A stretch of DNA of 56,397 bases, the filler included, from Basidiobolus meristosporus CBS 931.73 (taxonomy: Eukaryota > Fungi > Basidiobolomycota): NCBI GenBank assembly GCA_002104905.1. It is 3 parts of 3 records of this genome, joined end to end, with 100 filler letters (N's around TTAATTAATTAA, not from the genome) between each part and the next. Parts side by side here need not be neighbours in the genome. Positions count along the whole stretch, not along the records: positions 39,265 to 56,397 come from MCFE01001101.1; 2 more parts are not named here. The stretch is one strand, 5' to 3'. Positions 45,061 through 56,397 of this stretch are shown piece after piece (the stretch's first letter is position 1; each line of letters starts with the position of its first letter). The notes under the pieces were generated by a model. The model was not told the DNA's origin. It saw nothing but the letters and a program-made list of their open reading frames with translations, and did not search any database. The position numbers and the translations under genes were made by a program.

Positions 45061-48000
45061 AAATGGTTGAGTGGCAATACCAACTTCATGATTGGCACTC
45101 ATAGAGTATCTAATTCACTTATCAGCATCCAAAAATCATATAACAAATGTTCCAAGGAGTTTGGCTGATCTAAGATGACATTTAGGCCCTACAGGAGATA
45201 ACTCTAGTGGGGTATTTACTTGTAGACATATAGCTGCAAAATTGCCCAATGCATTTCAAAATTGTGCTCCAAAAGCCATTCCACAGTGAATTAAAACAGT
45301 TGAACAATATTCCTAACCAAATACATCAATTGGCTTCACAATCAAAACTTTTTTTGGACATTTCTCCTAATATCAATTCAAAAATAGCAGCACATTTTGT
45401 GTTCATATATGGCTATGTAATGCCCAAAATGACAATGCTACATATTTCTATTGCTAATTGGAGTACACAAGTTTGATCTGAAAACTGACAGTATCAAGCA
45501 CCTATGTCATCACTCTGTATTAGATATAATAAGCTATCTCTTGAACTCGGTGGGAAGTATGCCCCAGGGCTACAATTCAAGTAATTTTGCCTCTTTTGTA
45601 AATACCAAGAATAGCTAATAATAGAATGTTAACTCCACAAATTCTTGAGGGCAATATTCCCCATCATTTGAGCTTCAAGATACGTCCAGGTTCTATACAG
45701 TTTGAGTTTTTGGTTTATATCTCAGGTGTGCAAAAATTGCTATATGTTGAGCTTGAAAAACTTAACTGAATATAGTGACAAAAGTTGAAATATTGTTAGT
45801 GCATCAAGAGGCTTGTCAATGTGCCAGAGTGATTACATCAGTCTTTACAAATAGCTTTTGCCCTTTTCCTTGGTGTATCAAATTGCTGCATATCTAGCTT
45901 AACATTGCCTCCTTGTGCCAATATCTTGCACCAACAGCTTGCTTTGTTGTGCACTCCTTTGCCTTGTCTTCTGCATTCATGCACTAGTTATGGAGATAGA
46001 TTCTGATAAATATAAGATTCTACAGCTGTGCCTTTGAATCAGTATCCTTCCCTGAATCTTTGTGCTAACATCTTCTTTCATATGTGTGATTTGACATCTT
46101 GACTCTGCTAAGTCTCAGAGTGGGTACACAAATTTAAGCAAAGATTATAATTTGATGAATGGTGGGAGAGTATTCACACAAATATAGCTTGCAAGAGGGT
46201 GGAAATGATAATGCTGCACTTGGGCCTTGCCAGAATCAATGGTTAAGCTAAATTGTCATGCAAGCTTTATGATGAAGAATTGCTTTAAAAGCTTAGTATT
46301 ATGCTTGCTAACAAGCCATTACTAATAATATGTTTAACTAGAGCCCATAAGTAGAAAAGGGGTCTTATTTGAGTATTGTGAAGTGACTAAAGGAGAAACT
46401 ACAAGCTGAGAACAGATCATCTGCTCAAGGAGATATACTGGTACAGTTACACACCTAGATAATTATCCAAAACATCTACTGATCAAGAGGAAGCTCATCA
46501 AGCTGTTTTGCCCAACATTGTAATCTGGATCAGTCTGAGCAAAATATGGATGTAGCAATGCTGTCAAATGCTTTGCAGTAGATATACTAATCTGTGATAA
46601 TGGCAACAGCACCTCAGGAAGAGCTTGCTCATAGGTGCCACAAAAGATTAGTGGCCAAATGTATCCCTGTACCCAAAATCCAGACTTTGGGGAAGTACTT
46701 ATCTTGGTGGCAAAGCATAGCTCCATCATTGTAGTTCTAGTCATAGCAGATTTGCAAAGCCTATATCCACACTAGTTGCATGTAAGAGTGCCCCTCCTCA
46801 AGGATACCTTCCAACAATATGTATAATATAGCAACCAGTGTTTCTTGCTGCTCCTCAAGTGCCCTAGTAGAGGTGCAAGCATATTTTTTCTTACATGAGA
46901 TGAATCAGGCACCCAGATCTGTGCATAGTAGCAATGGTTAGCAACACTGTGAAACTGGGCTTATTTGAGGAACTGTAAATTACAATATATATTTAAGCCA
47001 GCAGAAAAGCAGTATTTTCTCTGGTGCTCAACAAAGGCCACCTAACAAGAGCCACTTGTGAGCAGGATACACGCAAACAGATATATTTTTTCAATTTGGC
47101 AGGTTTGAGAATCAGAATTTTGGCAAAATAGGCTGTCAGTAGAGTCCATGCTAAATCTTACACAATGGTGGAGAAAATCATGACACATCTAGTCCAGAAC
47201 ATCAGAAACATTGTGGGAGACTTCATGTTGGAGGACTGCAGCCTAATCCAACCTTGTGCTCAACAAGCTGAAGCTGAGCAAACCGGAGTTAATTTTAAAC
47301 ACAGTAGGGTCTACAATATATCCAAAGCTCTATTATCAATCAATGGTTAGGAGTCTGAAAATATTTATAGCTGTCACCATGCATGATGTTGCTGTAGCCC
47401 AAGTAATTGCCAATTAACACATAAAAAAGTGGTTCCAATAAATTGCCATAGTCATCAAGCTTCTGACAATTGCAAGAAGCAACTGTAATGTTACTGGAAC
47501 AAGCTTATCCCAGAACTTAATGTAGCACTTTTGTCAAGTAGCTGAAAAGTCCTCATGCTAATGAATTATCTTGAATAATTTTGGTAATAGTCAAGATGAA
47601 GCACTGGGAATCTACAAGCACAATAAAGCAGCTCTTTATTGCTGCGTACCCCACCAATAGTTTCACAAGTTTGTATAGGTACATACAGTATGCATATGTA
47701 CAAAAGCTGTAGAAGTAATACATTAGACAAGTGCTTTGCCATCCTGGAAGAATAATAGCCAACATTTTAACATAGCCCTTAGTTGAGTAACTATATGATA
47801 AGTACCAGCACTGATCTAAAAAGGGAAAAGTTTGGTTGGGGCTGTGTGTGGCTACAGCAGACCATTGAATTCCTCTTGCAACCAAACAGCATTTTGAAAG
47901 TATTAACTAGGTTTTGCCTCATTTTAGTACAGTATGTAGACTAAACTTTACAGCCTTCCTTACTTATTAGATCCCATGGTAACTCCACTGTACTTAACCC

Positions 48001-48120
48001 AATTAGTACCTTTATCAGACTTTGCGGAATCTCTGTAAGCACTTTAGAAGCTGGTTAATATATTAAAATAATGCCTTTGGCTCAAAGCTGTTTTAGTTAT
48101 GATTGCTGCAAACTTGCTTC

Positions 48121-51100
48121 TGTTGTAATTCAAGAAGTGATTTGAACATAAGGAACTTGTTGAGAAATAGTGATAATAGCTGAAATCTTGTTTATTTGTA
48201 AAGAAGATCAATATTTATACCTTTGTAGAAGCAATACAGTTGTAATATCAAGCAAGGAGGGCTTCTCAAGTTTCAGGAGCAGTCTGTATCAGTTTCAGGG
48301 TTAGTAGATAATTGTAGTAATAGTGCTTATTTGATCCTGGCTCTATGGGAATAATCACAAGATCATAGATCTGAAGGAAGTGGAAAAGTTAGGGCTGTAA
48401 ATTAGTCCCACAGTGATCAAGACTACTCCAGAATTGTTAAGTAAATATTTAGCTGCTAAATATTACCAAACAGTCAAATACATCATCATATCCCCTCAAC
48501 TAAATAATTCACTAATGCTAATTCCTCCCTAAGATTCTCATATTGTGGCCTAGCTAGTGGTTTTGTCAATTTATCCACCACCATTTTGTCAGTTGGGCAG
48601 AACACTTGTTATGATTTATTGCTTGAATGTTTAAGTTAGATAAGTATTTACCTAAGTCAAATAGCTTTATTTTTAGCCTATCAGTACATCAGCGTTATCT
48701 AACAAATCAGTAGTATTAGTAGCAGATGAGTCAGCAAATCCCTATCAGACAGAAATGGTTATACTAAGTAGGATCTGATTGGGTGATGATGATACAAACA
48801 AATGAGCCATCAGCCACAGCCTACCTTAGGAAATACAATTATTTAGCAACTGATCTGGCAAAATGTATTGAAGGAGCTGCTGGAACCACAATAAAAATCA
48901 GTTCAAGTTTTAGTGAATGCAATACTAGCTACACTCCCTATTCCTCTACAACTTTTATATCAAGACTTATAACACACTAAGTCAGTAGGTTATTTTCTAC
49001 AGCTTCCCTGGCAGAATGGTGCTCTATATCTGTTTGCTTAGATCTGGCATTGTTGATGGGACTTCTAGCGGATGAAATACAACTTTCATTATCCTTGTGA
49101 ATGCATGTTGGTTCATAAGAATTAAAACCTAGATCTTTGAATAGTCTTTGTAGCCATAAAGCCTTGTTGGTTGCTTGAAATCTAGCCATAAATTCAGCTT
49201 CAGTTGTAGATAGGGCCACAGTTGGTTGCTTCTTGCAATTCCAAGTAATAGCTGTACCCACATAAAGGGTTACATATCCAATGGTAGAGCATCTGGCAAT
49301 CAGATTGCTACCCCAATCTGAATTACCGTAACCATCAAATTCTTGCTCATCAGCTGCTTCAGAGTGTTTCAGTTCCATATTTATGGTGCCTTGTAGATAT
49401 CTGAAATCCGCTTAACTGCTGTAACTTGATCTGATCCATAATTCTGCATTAATAGACCAGCTATTCCAGCTGCCACTGCTATATCTAGACATGAAGATAC
49501 CATCAGGTATGTCAAGCTACCAGCCATTGATTGATGGGGAAAGGTTTGGCCCATATTTGAGTCATTTTCTTCTAACACTAGCTGAGATTTGCTTAAACTC
49601 AGGTTAATGTCCATAGGGGTAGCTGCAGGTCTGCAATTTTCATTTTGCAGCATCTAAGATTGTGCCTGCTGTACTCAGACAGATTCAGCACAATTTTCTG
49701 CAAAGGTATGTCCAACCAGGCTACATTTTCAAGAAAAAAGCTCAATTTTCCAAGATCACTCATCTGAAACTTGCTGAAGAGATCTGACTTTGTCTGCTTA
49801 AGTGCCTCCTGATCATTTGAAGGTATTATTAGGTTGTCCACATAAAGAACTAGGATGATCACACCCTTTTTGAGCTGTTTCACATATATACTGTGATCTC
49901 CAGTGCTACAAGTGAACCCAACTTCCTCTAGATATGTGTTAATCTTGTCATACCATGCTCTAGGGGCCTGCTAAAGCCCATACAGTGATTTCCTAAGTTT
50001 GCACACCTTATAGGGGCATTTTGAATTGGTAAAACCTTTAGGATGCTCCATATCTATAGTTTTGTGTAACTTCCCATCTGGAAAGGCTACTTTGACATTC
50101 ATTTGGTGTAGATCTAGACTGTGTACAGCTGCCAGGGCTAGAACTCTCCTAATGGGGTTAGACTTGGCAGCCAGAGCAAATGTTTCCTTAATGTCTAGTC
50201 CCTGGATCTGGGAATATCCATTGGCCACCAATCCAGCCTTGTGCGTATCAACAACACCATCTGAGCTTATCTTGAGCTTGAAGACCTATCTACATCCTAT
50301 TGGCTTTCTCCCATCTGGTAAATATGCCAGTTACCACGTTTTTGCCTTGATGATTGATTGGTACTCCTGCTGCATGGCTTGTTGCCACATAGTATCATTT
50401 GGACTTTGCATTGCTTGTTCCAGATTCCAAGATTTTGCACATAAGGCAAGATAAGCTTCTTCATGATCATTGGATGTTTGCCACCAGGATTCAGTGGCAT
50501 TTCTAATTCTGGTGTATATCCTAACTGGGATAGTTGGCTCTGATCTGGAACTAGTAGAATTATCATCTGTATCTGGCTGAACTTGGTATGTATCTTCTTC
50601 ATTTGTATTGCTTGTATCATCAGGTAGCAGGCCAATGATTTCAGTATCTTTCTGATATTAATTTTCCTCAAATACAACATCCCAGCTCTTGATCAGCTTC
50701 TGAATTCTGCCATCATACACTCTATACCCTTTAGTATTGTCACAATACCCAGAGAAGATCCCTTTTCTACTCTTTGGTTCCAACTTGGAGTGTTTCTTGT
50801 CAGCGATGTGATAAAAAACAGCACAGCCAAGGATCTTGAGATGCTGGAGGTCTGGCTTCTTGCCTGTGTATGCTTTCAAAGGGTGTAGAATCATGTAATG
50901 CTGTTGTTGGTCATCAGTTTCTGATGGATACCATAGTAGCAATAGATTCAACCCAAAGCTTATAGTCCATTCCCTTATCATGCTGCATAGATATTCCCAT
51001 TTCTACTATTGCTCTATTTGCACTGTCTGCTACTCCATTTTGCTGTGGAATATGAGAACAGTAATCTGTTGAAGTATACCAGTAGATGAGCAGTATTCCC

Positions 51101-51555
51101 CTCCATTGTCACTTTGTAATACCTTCAGTTTACACCCAGTTTGTATTTCTGCCATGTTCTTGAAGTGCCTTACAGATATTCAGTTTGATCAGAATTGAGT
51201 AATTTAGGTCCAAAACAAGCTGATTTTCACCAATTAGCTCATTTTTGTTCCCCAATGTGTCCTGGACTCCTATGCCATGTCTTCCAGTTGGTTTCAGCAG
51301 ATTAAGCAGTGTCAACATATGCAGGTACAATGATCTTGCCTTGTAACTTGTATTTGTTGCAATCTCTGATTTCCAAAGCTAATTTTTGTCCATTTTCACT
51401 CAATATTGAGCAGCTCAGCTTAGTAAAAAAATTGCAGTCCTTGAGCAGTTGCATTACTGACTGAGAGTAGGTTCTTAGCTTTTCCAGATATGTAGAGTAT
51501 GTCAGTCAGTTTTGCTGTTGTTGCCCCTGAGCTATTGCTCATATTTAGTTGTATA
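48121..51555 (-). mobile_element. Copia family 2 degraded copy: 3' LTR ~48121-48489, RH, RT, IN
   Basis: VALSTTEAEF, LYVDNL, QMNVKVAF, GYSQIQGLD, KLEPKSRKGIFSGY, SWDVVFEE; carries a Gypsy solo LTR at 48607. Confidence 0.85.
48607..48974 (+). repeat. Gypsy G-family solo LTR (368 bp) with 4-bp TSD CACT
   Basis: TGTTATGAT...TATAACA; CACT at 48603-48606 and 48975-48978; the host RNase H sequence is contiguous once it is removed. Confidence 0.88.
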
Positions 51556-52269
51556 GACCCACTGGCAGTAACCTCCTGTGCAGAGTTATCTCCCAGATAA
51601 ACCTTTCTTACAGGAATAGTCTGTACTATCTGGTACTATATTTGAATGTTAGCCCTGAAGTAGAGCCTATACAAAGCACATATGATGCCAGAAAGTTCCA
51701 GTGGACCAAGATAGTGCCATGCATTTTTGTGATATGTTACAAGCCTGTGGGGCTAGATTCAGAGTGCCATGGGTATTGTGTACCAGATGCATATTTTCAG
51801 TCAGTCTGTGATTGCTCACATCAGGTACAATGCTGATCTCAAAAAAAAGGTTCAAAAATGGATATCCCCAGCCCAGTTGGTGAAACACAAGGGCTGCTTT
51901 GCATGAGGATGAGGGACTGTATTTCCCATTCTATGGCTAATTGATGGTCCACCCAGCCTCCCTGACATACTATGGCACTATTTGGCACTTATTGCTCAAT
52001 GTGGCACTATCCAATGGAACAAGTCTAATAACCATGTTGATTGAATATTCTGAGGTGTAAAGATTGTGATGTCAAAAACTAGAAGATTTACATGTTGTTT
52101 ACCAGAAGGTATTGTGATCAGGAGTATAGCATTCATGCTTTGATAGTGCTTACTAACAAAGGTATGAAGCTTGTTACAGAAGGTCTCAAATATGTTTACA
52201 ATGTTTGCGGTCTTTTGAGCAGCTAAGCTTGCCAGCACATATTCCAGATTACCAGTACTTGATTTACTC

Positions 52270-53810
52270 ATTCAAGGTAAGTTCCTATCAGCATTGGGTA
52301 GGTGGAGTATGTCAGTCAGTTATGTTATCCTAACCCCCAATTTATCACTCATATTCAATTTATGGAGCTACCTGCGGAAACTCTCAGTGATTAATTGTTT
52401 CACCACTACATACTTCCTGTAGGAATAATCTTTTAGTTGCAAAACCAATTCCCTCTAGCTCAAATACATTGTCCTGCTGCAAAGCCAATACAGTACTCTT
52501 TACTACAGTTTCATGCATTCACTTTTCCTGTCATAAAATGGCTATTGCTCTGTTTTGCAAAGTTTGCTTACTCCATTTGTACTTTGTAGCTACTTGTTAG
52601 TACATGGACTCTCTTATCTGACTACCTTGCATTATATTGTAGCCACACCAAATAGAAGTTCTGATCTGATACTTGAATGTCTAAGTTAGATCAGTTTTTT
52701 GCCAAAGCATTTAGTTTCATGATTGGCCTAATGGTATTTCAGCAACATATGTCAAATTAGCAGTATTTAGTCAGCAAATAACTCTGCAGATTCTTTTCAG
52801 ACAGAAATCAATACATAAGGTATGATCTAACTGGGTATTGATAATGCAGTTGAATGAGTTGGCAGCCACAACCTACATTAGGAACTACAATTAGGCAGCA
52901 AATGATCTGGCAAATATATAGAAGGAGCTGCTGGTACATCAACAAAGATAAGTTCAAGTATTAGTGAATCAGATACCAGCTCAAGCTTCCTATTCCTCTA
53001 AAACTCTCAATTCAAGACTTGTAACATATAACTTCTTATTATCTGTCAGGTTCCACCAGTCTCCATATGCATTTGCTGCTCCTTAATAGGAGTATAAGCT
53101 ATACATACACATTCATTTAGCGGTAGAGTGAGCAGGGTATTATATTTGTATTGTCAACATTGGCCAACCCCTTTTGCTCAGTGTTGCCATTCCTATAATG
53201 GGTAGTGAAATATAATATGTAGGCTGCTTCTTCTTTTTAAGCAGCTATCTTCTCCAGTAGAGCTTGCTAGTAGCTGCTTTTGCTATGAAGATCCTCTCTG
53301 AGGATTATCAGGCTGCCTTGACTTCATTTGGAGCACACATTTGTTCAGACTACCAAGCGCAAACAATGCTCCACAAGGCATTAAATGTGTTTTTACCATT
53401 GTTGAAATTTAGCAACCTCTTATTTTGCTCCATTTGGATCACTTTCTGGTCCTGTCACTATAAACCATAAATTTTTCTCCTACATTGCTACATATTGATT
53501 CAAAAGCCTTTCTAATTTATTCCCTCTTCAAAACAACCTTCATGTGCTGTTTATTTGGGTTTGGCTTGTTTTCCTATTTCTTTATCCCAAGATTCTCTGT
53601 GCTCATGGTGGATATGCATCTTAACTCTCTAAAGTCTATGATTTTTCCATTAAACAGATTCTGCACATGGAGGCTGTTTGTTTTGTACTGTTTGCTGGTG
53701 GAGGTCTTGCCTAGAATAAATACAGGCTATCAGGGTTCATTATTTGTTGCAATCTGAGAAGTGATTCAAAATATGGATTATGTTAAGAAATAATGATAAG
53801 ACCAATAATC
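52270..53810 (-). mobile_element. Another very degraded Copia family 2-like 5' part: LTR end, PBS, gag, protease
   Basis: LTR end starts at 53745 (TGTTGCAATCTGAGAAGTGATT) with a degenerate PBS at 53733-53744. Gag resembles 54800-55080. GAGTATGTCAGTCAG occurs both here (~52306) and at ~51496, which points to a separate copy. Confidence 0.6.
52657..53026 (+). repeat. Degenerate Gypsy G-family solo LTR
   Basis: Aligns with 33562-33929; ends CAAGACTTGTAACA; flanks TAGA/TATA (3 of 4 match). Confidence 0.8.
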
Positions 53811-54418
53811 AGAAATTAAGTTGCATCATCTTAGTAGTAATTGGGTTCTTCACTGACTGAGACAGGGTTGCAGGGGTTGAGCCAACCTTTAGCTGTGCAA
53901 TGAAACCAAATAATTCAACCCTCCAGCAGTTGATGCTGGTGATTAGTTACATTTGGTCTCCAGCTGGAGGATGCTATGGGCTTAAGGTTTTACCCACTTG
54001 TTGGTGCTCTAAGATTAGCTCAGCATGATTTTATGCGCAGGTTAGTCAGCTCTAACTCAATTCTAAGATAACACCCTCATTTTTGACAATCTCTCACCTT
54101 TATCAACCTAAAGTAACATGGCCTTAAGGAGAATATCATGTACATGTACTATTTTACATCTATTTGGTGTAGTTTCATAATGTGTAGCACTCTTATGTCC
54201 AGAACTGCTATGACTAATAGTAGTCTATGCATCTTATATTCATCATTGATGGTGAATCTTGCCCAGTGCTTTTAGTCCATTCCACTCCTAGATTGTGTTT
54301 GATGTCCCAGCTTTACAATATGCGTGCTCATATGTTTTGCTATTGTCAGGGCTGAGCATCTATTTGCTGCAGTGTACAACTACATCTCTATTTTGATAAT
54401 ATGTTTCTACACCAGAGC

Positions 54419-55730
54419 TGTTGAAATATTGGACTATTTGGTATCATTCAGCAGCTAAGAATTTACTTGACAACTCTGGACTAGTCTTGGTCACTGTGGG
54501 ACTAATTCACAGCCCTAATTTTGTCACTTTCTTCAGATCTACAATCTTATTGTTATTCCCCTATAGCCAGGATCAAATTAGCACTATTACCAAACATTAT
54601 GTATTAACCCTGAAACTGTTACAGACTGCTCCTGAATATTGGGAAGCCCTCCTTACTTAGTATTACAGGTGATTTGCTTCAACAAAGGTATAAATATTGA
54701 GCTTCTTTACAAATAAACTATAGTTCAAATATTATCACTATTTTTTGATAAGTTCCTTATATTCAAATCACTTCTTAAATTGCAACAGATTATGAGCCCC
54801 AATTGCCTTAATCTACTCTCAAGATGACTTCTACTAGCAAACAGAACAATACCAACATCTTCCCTGCAAAGGAGAGGTTTGTTGGGCAGAGCTACAGACT
54901 TTGGAGAATCAAGATGCAGACCCACCTAGAGGAAAGAAAGCATTTGAATATAGTAACAGGAACAGAAGTTGAGCCCAGTGGAACAGCAGAAGAAGTGAAG
55001 AAGTTTCAAGAGAAGGAGAGAAAGGCCTTCAATGCCATAGGGATTGATGTGCAAGATTCCTCCATTGGACAAATCTATGCCTCAAATACTGCCAAAGCAG
55101 CATAGGAATCCTTAGAGAAGATCATTAAAGCAAAGTTGGTATCAACTAGCTTTATCCAGAACAAAAGTTCTTCAACATGAGGAAGAAGCCAGATGATGAC
55201 ATGCTACAACTCATTTCCAGAATGGAGACACTTGAAGAAGAACTTTATAGTATCAATGCTGGTGTAGATGATGAAGAAAAGATACTCTGTTTGCTTTGCA
55301 GCCTACCAGACAAGTATGAGCCTCTCATACTTTCTTTTGAAGGTAGAGAAGACAATCTGACTTTAGACCATGTCAACAAAAGACTTCTTCATGAAGAACT
55401 CAGATGTAATGATCAAGCAGAGAAAATTGAAAATAATGCTTTATTCAGCTCAGAAAGGCACACAGAAAAGAAGGGAAAGCAACAAATCCAAAGAAAACCT
55501 GGTTGCTGTACTACTGAAAAGAGCCAGAGCACTTGGCAAGAGAATGCAAGAAGAACCAAGCAGACAAAAGACAGAAACTAGAGCAGGCAAACCATGCAAC
55601 TACTGATGAACACTTACTTGTAACTGTACAAGAGAGTGCAAGTAACCAAAGTTATGAATGGTATATTGACTCTGGAGCATCACAGCATATTTGTGGTATA
55701 GAGGAATGATTCAGCAACTCTATACCTAGA
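54419..55730 (+). mobile_element. Copia family 2 5' part: LTR 54419-54787, PBS, gag, protease (with stops)
   Basis: TGTTGAAAT...TTGCAACA then GATTATGAGCCC; YRLWRIKMQ, LLCSLPDKYEPL, LLHEE, EWYIDSGASQH. Confidence 0.85.
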
Positions 55731-55848
55731 GGTTTCACCTGATACCTATGAACACTCTTTTTCCACTTCTTAGCTCCTATCTTGAGAATTTTTTGTCATT
55801 GAGTTGGGGCCACATATTGGTACCTGCATAAAAGCCAGTATTTTGTTG

Positions 55849-56397
55849 TGTTACAAGTCTTGGTATAAAAGTTGTAGAGGAATAGGGGAGTTTAGCCAGT
55901 ATTGTATTCACTAAAACTTAAACTGATTTTTATTAAGGTTCCAGCAGCTCCTTATATACATTTTGCCAGATCAATTGCTGACTAATTGTATTTCCTAACA
56001 TAGGTTGTGGCTGATGACTCATTTGATTGCATCATCATCACCCAATAAGATCCTACTTACTATATCTATTTCTGTCTGATAAGGGTCTGCTGATTCATTT
56101 GCTGACTAATGCTACTGATTTCATAGTTAATTTTGATATACTGATAACCTAAACATATACTAATTGATTTGACTAAAAACTGATCTAATATACACATTCA
56201 AGCGGCAGATCATAACATTCTCCCTTACTAAAGTTGAGAGGGTTCTTCTGAATCTCTTTTCTTGTGATACCAATATCTTGATGGTTCAGCATTATCAGCA
56301 AGTCTTGCAAGCTTGAGTCTGTCCCTATGCACTAAGTCTTCCGGATATTGCCTTGTTTGTCCACCAGTTGGTTAGTTGCAAATGGACATTCTCTGAT
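55849..56397 (-). mobile_element. 3' end of another Gypsy G-family element: LTR 55849-56217, PPT, integrase C-terminus; continues beyond the window
   Basis: Reverse complement of 37960-38479, including PPT AGGGAGAA and the HRDRLKLA region. Confidence 0.9.

Noticed and set aside
45790-45895. BED zinc finger of a hAT transposase (KAICKD*CNHSGTLTSLLMH)
   Set aside because: Cys-to-His spacing is too short, it contains stops, and no hAT catalytic motifs are found nearby.
1-56397. CRISPR arrays, rRNA/tRNA genes, prokaryotic operons
   Set aside because: No regularly spaced short repeats or RNA-gene signatures were seen; the genes have spliceosomal introns.

Overview
Eukaryotic, almost certainly fungal DNA (spliceosomal introns of about 53-66 nt; an early-diverging lineage is plausible but inferred). 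The window has two compartments. Bases 1 to ~11.3 kb are GC- and CpG-rich and hold four host genes: a bHLH transcription factor, a Lines (LINS1)-like gene, UBC13 and an intronless secreted M64 metallopeptidase. From ~11.7 kb to the end is an AT-rich, CpG-depleted nest of transposons. It contains four copies of Copia family 1 (one intact and very young, inserted antisense into a sibling), several relics of Copia family 2, at least five pieces of one Gypsy family, an unrelated LTR, a PIF/Harbinger-type element, an En/Spm-type transposase relic and a probable LINE relic. Two 100-nt scaffold gaps carry an artificial TTAATTAATTAA linker. The strongest non-obvious result is an apparent inversion between two Copia copies: their target-site duplications are swapped, and a Myb/SANT-like ORF rejoins in frame across 23874/32975. 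Two hypotheses also stand out: Ty5-like half-tRNA priming combined with an LxSSPP integrase motif, and a nested-insertion hairpin that could make silencing dsRNA. No CRISPR, rRNA or tRNA genes were seen. All alignments and counts were done by eye.
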